Source of the DNA: Ignavibacteriota bacterium
Lineage (GTDB): Bacteria > Bacteroidota > Ignavibacteria > UBA10030 > UBA6906
Length of the DNA: 64,000 bases
Direction of reading: 5' to 3'
NCBI GenBank assembly: GCA_963752915.1
Contig: CAVVZZ010000013.1
Location: forward strand, 24,954 to 88,953
Shown one piece after another: positions 9,277 through 16,426 of the stretch. The position numbers and the translations under genes were made by a program. The notes below the pieces were generated by a model, which searched no databases, was not told the origin of the DNA, and worked only from the letters and a program-made list of their open reading frames with translations. How positions within the stretch are numbered: the stretch's first letter is position 1; each line of letters begins with the position of its first letter.

Positions 9277-12200
9277 ATGGCACGTCTTCGACGAATGGTG
9301 CAGATCATGCTCGCCATAGCGTCTGCATCCACGCTGTCCTACGCCCAGACAAACGGCGCCGTCTCACCCACATGGTTCCTTCCTGCCCAAAGGGTTTCCC
9401 GGGACGTTCCAGGTTTACCCGGATGGAGACAGGGCGTGAATTCGCGTTCCGGTCGCGCGACGGCAACGTTGCGATCCTCCCCGTCCTCGCGGCCGCTGGA
9501 AACACTTGTGGTCACCACGGTCGCAGACACGGGGCAAGGGTCTCTGCGTCAGGCCATTCTCATTGCCGATACTCTCCTTGGCGTTGATCTCATCACCTTC
9601 AATATCCCCGGGACCGGCGTTCACACGATTGCCCCGCTCTCGAAGCTCCCAAATATCACAGATCCTTTGCTCATCGACGCGACGTCGCAGCCAGGTTTCA
9701 CCGGAACTCCGCTGATTGTGCTGGACGGCTCCAATATCACCGGTGTCGATCTCCTGGACGTGTTCGCGAACGAGTGCGTGATCAACGGCATGGCGTTCGA
9801 AAGCGTGCGGGCTGGAACCGCCGTGGTTCTGTACGGGGACGGCAATACCATCGTGGGGAGTTATTTCGGTTTGGAACCCACGGGAGCAACGGCTTCAGTC
9901 ATAGACTACAATGGTATCGTCATCTATGGCGCGTTCAACAGGATCGGGGGAACTCAAAGCCAGAACAGAAACTGCTTTGCGGGGACCTCACTGCCAGCCG
10001 TCGCCCTTAGTGGGATTGACGCCCTCGGCAACGTCATCGATGGGAATTATATCGGAACCGATGCATCCGGGGCCGTGAGGGTTGGAACCCAAACCGAGTC
10101 GATTATTCTGGCCAATTGGGCGTCGGGTGATACTATCGGAGGACTCGCCACTGGTGCCGGAAACGTCTGTTCCGGCTCCGCACACGCCTCGGGAATAACC
10201 ATAATCGGACCGGCGTCTGATGACAATGTCATACAGGGAAACCGGATCGGGACGGACACTTACGGGATGGCAGCAATCGGAAATGCCGGGAACGGAATTT
10301 TCGTGAGCGGTGCATATGGCACTGTGATCGGGTCTCTGACCATTTTTGGCGGCAATCTGATTTGTGGGAATGGTGGGACAAAGTATCCGGCGGTGTTTGT
10401 CGACAGCACTGCTTCCCACACGCAGATCCTCGGGAACCGGATCGGCATCGGGTACAACGGTCTGACATCGATTCCAAACTATGAAGGAATCCTTCTCAAC
10501 GGATCCCACGACAACCTTCTAGGAGGAAATGTCATCTCCGGCAATACCCTCCATGGTGTCATCATCCGCAACGCAGGGGCGACTGGAAACACGCTGAAAG
10601 CGAATCTGATCGGTGTCTCCGCCTTCGCCAATGTACCCATCGGGAACAACGGCCATGGGGTTCTGCTCGCCGCATCCGACAACGTGATTGGGGGACCGAA
10701 CCCCGGGGATGCAAATACCATCGCCTTCAATTTCGGTGCGGGGATATCGGTCGACAGCGGGGAACGTAATCTCATCACCCAGAATGAAATTTATTCGAAC
10801 TACGGCCTCGGGATCAATCTTGCCCCGGCCGGGGTGAACCCCAATGATACATTGGACGCGGACACAGGCGCGAACCAGATGCAAAACTACCCCGAGCTCG
10901 ACACACTGAAACGGCACGGGACCTCGATCGATGTCAGTGGCCGGCTTGTCTCCGCACCGGACGGTGTTTACACCGTAGAGTTCTTTGCAGACTCCGGGGA
11001 CGTGTCACACTACGGGCAAGGGCGGGGGTATCTCGGCTCCGCAACGATTCCGACGGGACCATCCGGTGTGGCAAGCTTCAAGGTCACCCTCCCGGCCTCC
11101 ATCTCCCCGCAGGAAGTCGTCACTGCGACCGCCACCGATGCGAACGGCAATACGTCCGAATTTTCCCGGGACATCGGGAGAGACTACGTGGTCACGAATC
11201 CGCCTCGCGGGAAGCTCTGGGTTGTCGGAGATCGGGACACCATCAGGTGGGAATCCTCGGACACAGGCCACGTGCACATTGCATTCAGCTCGGACACAGG
11301 ATATACGTATCACACCATCACGGCAGACACGAGCGGTGCGGCACATGAATTCCCGTGGATCGTGGAGAAGGCCCGTTCGACCCGGTGCAGGATCCGCGTT
11401 ACCTCTGTTGATGACCCGACGATGTCGGGAGAGAGCGAGTTCTTCAAAGTGAAGGGTGTCGAATTGACCCGCTACACCGCCGACAGTTCCTACGAGGCAT
11501 TTGACCCTGCCATCCACGGTTGGAGCTTTGCGAATGCTGCGAATATTATGTGGGCGCCGAAATGGTATGCCCGATTCAACTATGCAACGCGGACCGACCC
11601 CAACACCGCCCTTCCGTATCCCGGAGCGTGGAGCAACGCCCCCATCAACGCCAAAAGTGCGGACTTTCCGGACTGGCCGCTCTATGTCTCAGCGTTTGGC
11701 ACAAACCAGTGTTACATTGCGACCCCCGCCGGATTATCGTATCGCCCGTCCGCCGTGGCCTTCTGGACGGCGCTCAAAGGTTCGTGGGGTGGGTCCTGTT
11801 ATGGGTTCGCGGTCTCAAGCTTGATGGCTTTCGATGACCCTGCGTCGTTCCTCGTCAATGAAACAGAGATGCCTCCGTTCCTGAACCTGTACTCCCTCGC
11901 TGCGGACACAGTCCACCACCTTCAAAATGTCGTGAGCAGAATGTGGATTTACACGGCAGCGCGCATCAACAAAGTCCAGTCCGACACTCACGCGCAGGAT
12001 CCCCTCAGCACCATACTGGACACCCTGCGTGATTCGTTTCTTGGTGATACCCGGGACGACAGGATTATCTCCTTCTGGGATGCAAAGGGCGGTGGGCACA
12101 GCCTTGCTCCCTACAAGATTGAAAAGGATTCGTTACGTCCGAACATCCGGTATCTCTATCTCTATGACTCCAATGTGCCGGGGGGAGAGAATGACCGTGT

Positions 12201-13485
12201 CGTCATGGATATTGTGAACGACACATGGACGTTTGCGCCGCTTGGCTGGGGGAACACGAAACATTTTGTGCTCTCGAGGCCCGTGAGCACGAATCTGGGT
12301 CAGGCCCAATTTCCAAGGGTTAGTCCAGAGGCGGGGCGGCACCTTGCCGCTCTCGCGGGGAACGGCAATCAATTCTCCGTGTACATCCCGGAGGGGGCCT
12401 CCGTCCTCGTGACAGCTCCGAACGGCGGACATATTCAGTATGCCGACTCGATTGAGGCGGATAGCATCCCGGGTGCGAGTCTGATCATTCCGCCCACAGG
12501 AGGTTTCTCCCTGCCGATCGGATTCACCCTACCCGCCGGCAAATACACAGTCCAATTGACTCGGTGCCCGGATTCCACGGGGCGCGTTTTCCTCTTTTCC
12601 GATTCTGCAGTCTACAGCTGGTACCGCACAGGGGAGGATCCACAGCAAATCGATATTGTCAAATACGACGGAGGGTTGACATACGCGAATCCGGGCACTG
12701 GCGACCGGGGCGTCGGCTTTCGATGCATTCTGCCCGAGCAAAACAGAGAACGCGAAGTTGATCTTTCCGGCCTCGATGTCGGCGGAAACGATAGCGTCCG
12801 CATCAGGATCGGCGGGGACGGTTCCTGCGATGTGACGACGCATGGGATGGGGCAATCGTACGACCTGGTGCTGAACAATGTTTCGACCCTCGGGTCGTCC
12901 AGCTTTGCGCACGTTCAGGTTGCCCTTCAGCAGAATTCCACACACCACATACTCCCCGACTGGAGCAACCTGCAGGCAGCGTCGGTCAAGATTCTTGTTG
13001 ATCGCGGGAATACGGGTTCCTTCTCCGATTCCCTTCTGCTGAACAACCAGGCGACTGGTATCGGTGAGCCAGGGAGCAATCCCGGATCGCCAACTGAATT
13101 CATTCTTTTCCAGAACTACCCGAACCCGTTCAATCCGACGACGACTATTCAGTTCGTCGTGGGAGGAGTCGTCGCCCCGAGCGGAGCGTTTCGCAGCGGA
13201 GCCGAAGGGCCAACAACAGCTATCAGTGGATCCGTCCCGCCGAAGGCGGGACGAGACCTCGTCTCGAACTCCGTTCGAGACGGGCAGTGGACAGGGGACA
13301 GTTGGGTGAGTCTGGTTGTGTATGACGTTCTGGGGCGCCAGGTGGCAACGCTGGCAAATGGCCGATATCCAGCGGGGAGATACTCGTTTACCTTCGACGG
13401 AGCAAACCTGGCAAGTGGGGTGTACTTCTATCGCTTGACTGCGGGGTCATTTCCCGCGGTTCGGAAGATGCTCTTAGTTCGTTGA
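9277..13485 (+). CDS. Large secreted parallel beta-helix protein with a possible cysteine-peptidase-like middle domain and an interrupted T9SS CTD
   Basis: ORF 9250..13485. The ATG at 9277 follows AGGAGG (MARLRRMVQIMLAIASASTLSYAQ). Many NxxxGN/GI beta-helix repeats. GSWGGSCYGFAVSS ... GGGHSLAPY ... YDSNVPG. The CTD (FQNYPNPFNPTTTIQF ... VVYDVLGRQVATL ... GVYFYRLTAGS...LLVR) is split by an extra segment of roughly 47 aa. Confidence 0.75.
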   Translation: MARLRRMVQIMLAIASASTLSYAQTNGAVSPTWFLPAQRVSRDVPGLPGWRQGVNSRSGRATATLRSSPSSRPLETLVVTTVADTGQGSLRQAILIADTLLGVDLITFNIPGTGVHTIAPLSKLPNITDPLLIDATSQPGFTGTPLIVLDGSNITGVDLLDVFANECVINGMAFESVRAGTAVVLYGDGNTIVGSYFGLEPTGATASVIDYNGIVIYGAFNRIGGTQSQNRNCFAGTSLPAVALSGIDALGNVIDGNYIGTDASGAVRVGTQTESIILANWASGDTIGGLATGAGNVCSGSAHASGITIIGPASDDNVIQGNRIGTDTYGMAAIGNAGNGIFVSGAYGTVIGSLTIFGGNLICGNGGTKYPAVFVDSTASHTQILGNRIGIGYNGLTSIPNYEGILLNGSHDNLLGGNVISGNTLHGVIIRNAGATGNTLKANLIGVSAFANVPIGNNGHGVLLAASDNVIGGPNPGDANTIAFNFGAGISVDSGERNLITQNEIYSNYGLGINLAPAGVNPNDTLDADTGANQMQNYPELDTLKRHGTSIDVSGRLVSAPDGVYTVEFFADSGDVSHYGQGRGYLGSATIPTGPSGVASFKVTLPASISPQEVVTATATDANGNTSEFSRDIGRDYVVTNPPRGKLWVVGDRDTIRWESSDTGHVHIAFSSDTGYTYHTITADTSGAAHEFPWIVEKARSTRCRIRVTSVDDPTMSGESEFFKVKGVELTRYTADSSYEAFDPAIHGWSFANAANIMWAPKWYARFNYATRTDPNTALPYPGAWSNAPINAKSADFPDWPLYVSAFGTNQCYIATPAGLSYRPSAVAFWTALKGSWGGSCYGFAVSSLMAFDDPASFLVNETEMPPFLNLYSLAADTVHHLQNVVSRMWIYTAARINKVQSDTHAQDPLSTILDTLRDSFLGDTRDDRIISFWDAKGGGHSLAPYKIEKDSLRPNIRYLYLYDSNVPGGENDRVVMDIVNDTWTFAPLGWGNTKHFVLSRPVSTNLGQAQFPRVSPEAGRHLAALAGNGNQFSVYIPEGASVLVTAPNGGHIQYADSIEADSIPGASLIIPPTGGFSLPIGFTLPAGKYTVQLTRCPDSTGRVFLFSDSAVYSWYRTGEDPQQIDIVKYDGGLTYANPGTGDRGVGFRCILPEQNREREVDLSGLDVGGNDSVRIRIGGDGSCDVTTHGMGQSYDLVLNNVSTLGSSSFAHVQVALQQNSTHHILPDWSNLQAASVKILVDRGNTGSFSDSLLLNNQATGIGEPGSNPGSPTEFILFQNYPNPFNPTTTIQFVVGGVVAPSGAFRSGAEGPTTAISGSVPPKAGRDLVSNSVRDGQWTGDSWVSLVVYDVLGRQVATLANGRYPAGRYSFTFDGANLASGVYFYRLTAGSFPAVRKMLLVR
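13233..13282 (+). other. Two adjacent perfect stem-loops inside the extra segment of the CTD coding sequence
   Basis: cgtcccgcc-gaa-ggcgggacg (13233..13253, 9-bp stem). cgtctcgaac-tcc-gttcgagacg (13260..13282, 10-bp stem). An overlapping alternative palindrome is cgagac-ctc-gtctcg. Confidence 0.7.
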
Positions 13486-13496
13486 CGGCAGCACGC

Positions 13497-13536
13497 TTTT
13501 TCTCCCCTTCTCTAAGTCTCCCCGTCTCTCCTTCGG
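13497..13536. repeat. Octamer tandem repeat array (core TCTC/GTCTC)
   Basis: TTTTTCTC CCCTTCTC TAAGTCTC CCCGTCTC TCCTTCGG, starting 12 nt after the stop codon at 13483-13485. Confidence 0.7.
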
Positions 13537-13649
13537 CGGGCAAATATTCCTTCACCTTCTGCGCGAACAGCGTGGCGAGCGGTGTGCACTTCCATCGATT
13601 GACGGCTGGCAGTTTCACAGCGACACGGTCGATGTTGGTCATCAAGTAG
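13530..13649 (+). pseudogene. Degenerate duplicate of the last ~35 codons of a T9SS CTD
   Basis: Translation ...SPSAGKYSFTFCANSVASGVHFHRLTAGSFTATRSMLVIK-stop (TAG 13647-13649). It aligns with the end of the upstream gene, YPAGRYSFTFDGANLASGVYFYRLTAGSFPAVRKMLLVR-stop. There is no start codon or upstream CTD part. Confidence 0.65.
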
Positions 13650-13677
13650 GAACTAACTATTCCGGTCAGCATAGTGT

Positions 13678-15879
13678 ATGAAGACGCTTCTCCTGGTGGT
13701 CGTCGGTGCCGGGCTCTGTGCCTGGTCAAGCCGTGTGACGGCGCAGGCATGGGTTCAAACTAATGGGCCGTATGGCGGGAACATACGCTATTGTGCCGCT
13801 GACAGCGAAGGCACCGCATTTGCCGTTTCCTATCCCGAGTTCGGACCCATTGCCCTCTACCGGTCGACCAACGCAGGGGCGGCTTGGACGCCTGTTGACA
13901 TCGTGGCTCCTGCGACGTTCGCCGGCCCGGTGTTCTGCGCCGGCGGCGGGGTCGTCCTCGCTGGTGCAGCCGACGCAATTCATCAACCCTCCATCGCGCG
14001 TTCCTCCGATAACGGAGTAACCTGGACTTTTGTCTCGAACACAATCCTTCCGTCTGCGTTTGCCGCCGACTCCGTTGGAGGTTTCTACTGCACTTCCTCT
14101 GCCAGCTTCGGACAAACGGGTATTTTTCGCTCGACCGATCGTGGCGTCCACTGGACTTCAATCTCTTCAGATATCTCGATCCTGAGCCTGACATCGGTCG
14201 CTTGTTGGAAGAACGGAGTAATTCTTGTTGGCAGCGATTACTCGACGGCGAACTCCGGAGCGGTGTTTCGTTCGACGGACAACGGGGTGCATTGGGATGA
14301 AGCCCTGTCGAACGCCGGAGGGACGGTCGCGGCGTTGTGCACGACAGACTCGGGGACAATTCTTGCAGGAACGATGGGTGGGGGGATCTTTCGATCGACA
14401 GATGATGGGGATTCGTGGAGTAGTGTCAATGAAGGCCTTCAACGTCCGATGGTAAACTGCCTGGTGGTCTCCAGGAGTGAGGTTGTCTTTGCCGGAACAT
14501 CAGACAGGATCTTCCAGTCGACGAACGACGGCATGACCTGGAACCCCTCCAATTCGGGCGTCGCACACTTCATCATTCAATCAATCGCAACAGAGCCACA
14601 AGGTCTTTTGCTCGCCGGCACCGGCATGACGGTCTATCGCTCGACGGATAGCGGGGGGTCCTGGAACGAATCCGCGACCGGTATTGCCGGCACCTCGTGC
14701 ACCGCAATAACGGCCAACTTGGCCGGGACCGTGATTGTCGGAACAAGCAGCGCGGGAGGAGTGTTTCGATCGACCGATCGTGGCGAGACATGGATATCTG
14801 CAGCTTCGGGCGACCTGGTGAACAAGCGGGTCCGTTGTGTTGGAAGCGGGCAGTCCGCCTCGCTTTTCGTCGGAACAACCGCAGACTCGGGTGGGGTCGC
14901 GATGTACCGTTCAACCGATCAGGGGATGACGTGGGAACCTGTCGGTCCTCACATACCGGGGCTCTCGGCGGTGTGTTTTGCAAACGGGCCGGGAGGGGAA
15001 ATATTGTTCGGAACGTCGTCGGGAGACTCTGCACAAGGACTCTATCGTTCTACGGACAACGGAGGGACGTGGCAGGCGCTCCATACAGGATTGTCCAATG
15101 TGTTGTTTGAAGCTTTGGCGATCACTCCCGCAGGAACAATCTATGCGGGGTCGTATGGAGACGTCATTGTTTCGACCGATAGCGGCACCACCTGGAGTGA
15201 TATGTCCAATGGGCTGGCGTATGCACCGGTGAACTGGTTGGCTTCAGATTCTTCCGGGACGGTCATCGCAGCACAGAATCAATTCGGGGCTTATTTCCTG
15301 TCGGGAGGTCAATGGTTGCTGCGTGATCGCGGAGTGTCGGCATATGACGAGGGGTCAATGCTGTGTGTGATATTTGACAGCGCGGGAAACGAGTACGCCG
15401 GGTCCGAAGGCCACGGCGTTTACACTGGCAGGGGAATCTGGGCGCCGATGAATGCCGGTCTGACGGACTCGACAGTCTTCGCTCTTTGTGCAGGTCCGGG
15501 GAACGTTCTGTATGCCGCCACGGGCTCATCTGGCGTGTTTCGGTATGGCAAGGACACGGCAACGTCGATCGATCGCATTCAAACGTCCTCTCCTACTGAT
15601 TTCCGTCTCGAACAAAACTATCCGAACCCGTTCAATCCGTCGACGAGCATTCGATATACGGTAGCAGGGGACAGGGAACAGGGGACAGGGAACAGTGACG
15701 TTCGGCTGGTGGTCTACGACATGCTCGGAAGGGAGGTGGCGGTGCTTGTAAATGGACCTGAGGCTCAAGGGAGCCACGAAGTCTCGTTCGACGGAAGGAA
15801 GCTCTCAAGCGGAGTTTATTTGTATCGATTGACAGCGGGATCATCTACTGCGGTGCGAAAGATGGTATTGGTCAAGTAA
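13678..15879 (+). CDS. BNR/Asp-box repeat (sialidase/Ycf48-like beta-propeller) protein with T9SS CTD
   Basis: Signal peptide MKTLLLVVVGAGLCAWSSRVTAQA. About ten S-x-D-x-G-x-x-W boxes (STDRGVHW, STDNGVHW, STDDGDSW, STNDGMTW ...). CTD EQNYPNPFNPSTSIRY...VVYDMLGREVAVLV...GVYLYRLTAGS...MVLVK. Confidence 0.85.
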   Translation: MKTLLLVVVGAGLCAWSSRVTAQAWVQTNGPYGGNIRYCAADSEGTAFAVSYPEFGPIALYRSTNAGAAWTPVDIVAPATFAGPVFCAGGGVVLAGAADAIHQPSIARSSDNGVTWTFVSNTILPSAFAADSVGGFYCTSSASFGQTGIFRSTDRGVHWTSISSDISILSLTSVACWKNGVILVGSDYSTANSGAVFRSTDNGVHWDEALSNAGGTVAALCTTDSGTILAGTMGGGIFRSTDDGDSWSSVNEGLQRPMVNCLVVSRSEVVFAGTSDRIFQSTNDGMTWNPSNSGVAHFIIQSIATEPQGLLLAGTGMTVYRSTDSGGSWNESATGIAGTSCTAITANLAGTVIVGTSSAGGVFRSTDRGETWISAASGDLVNKRVRCVGSGQSASLFVGTTADSGGVAMYRSTDQGMTWEPVGPHIPGLSAVCFANGPGGEILFGTSSGDSAQGLYRSTDNGGTWQALHTGLSNVLFEALAITPAGTIYAGSYGDVIVSTDSGTTWSDMSNGLAYAPVNWLASDSSGTVIAAQNQFGAYFLSGGQWLLRDRGVSAYDEGSMLCVIFDSAGNEYAGSEGHGVYTGRGIWAPMNAGLTDSTVFALCAGPGNVLYAATGSSGVFRYGKDTATSIDRIQTSSPTDFRLEQNYPNPFNPSTSIRYTVAGDREQGTGNSDVRLVVYDMLGREVAVLVNGPEAQGSHEVSFDGRKLSSGVYLYRLTAGSSTAVRKMVLVK
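15667..15694 (+). repeat. Four GGGRACA heptamers embedded in frame in CTD coding sequence
   Basis: GGGGACA GGGAACA GGGGACA GGGAACA, encoding ...GDREQGTGN... Confidence 0.8.
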
Positions 15880-15887
15880 ACGTTCAC

Positions 15888-15943
15888 ATCGTCTCCAAGT
15901 CCCAAAGTCTCCAGGTCTCCCCTTCTCCCCATCCCCCCTTCTC
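15888..15943. repeat. Octamer tandem repeat array (7 units, core GTCYC/TCTC)
   Basis: ATCGTCTC CAAGTCCC AAAGTCTC CAGGTCTC CCCTTCTC CCCATCCC CCCTTCTC, between the stop at 15877-15879 and the 3' end of tRNA-Arg. Confidence 0.8.
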
Positions 15944-15948
15944 AGTTG

Positions 15949-16020
15949 TGCGCCCAGAGGGATTTGAACCCCCACTGTCAGTTCCGAAGACTGAAGTGCT
16001 ATCCATTACACCATGGGCGC
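15949..16020 (-). tRNA. tRNA-Arg (anticodon TCG)
   Basis: Minus strand GCGCCCA TG GTGT AATGGATA GCAC T TCAGT CTTCGGA ACTGA CAGT GGGGG TTCAAAT CCCTC TGGGCGC A. It folds by hand into a 72-nt cloverleaf. No encoded CCA. Confidence 0.85.
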
Positions 16021-16426
16021 GGCACAGGTCAGTATAGAAAAAACGATCCCGCGAAGCAAGCATGAAACCCATGTCTGCTCATCCCTAAAATCCGGAGATT
16101 ATGGTAGCAATTCAGCTAGGCCACCCCTCGCCGATGAAGAGACTAACCGTGAACAGGATCATCCCGCCTTGACTCACCCGAACCGATACAGTACCTTATA
16201 CTCGGGATGAACCGGAAACTTTCTCTCCCCAGTTCATTGATATCGATGCCCTTTCATCGCGCGATGATAGGGCAATTTTGTTTCTTGAGCCCGAGAATCA
16301 GGCAGATAGTCTGCTTCGCGTGCTCCATCTCAATTCTCTGTCCTTTTTCTCCAGATTCGAGGGCTTTGGGAGTATATACATATTGGAAAAGGTGGGGCGA
16401 ATAAATATTGTCATCGTAACCGCAAG

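Noticed and set aside
15888-15943. CRISPR array as an interpretation of the short repeat arrays (also at 13497, 21514, 21572, 28120, 28193, 30515 and 51922-52118)
   Set aside because: The units are only 7-8 bp and directly adjacent, with no 25-40 bp spacers. No cas genes are in the window.
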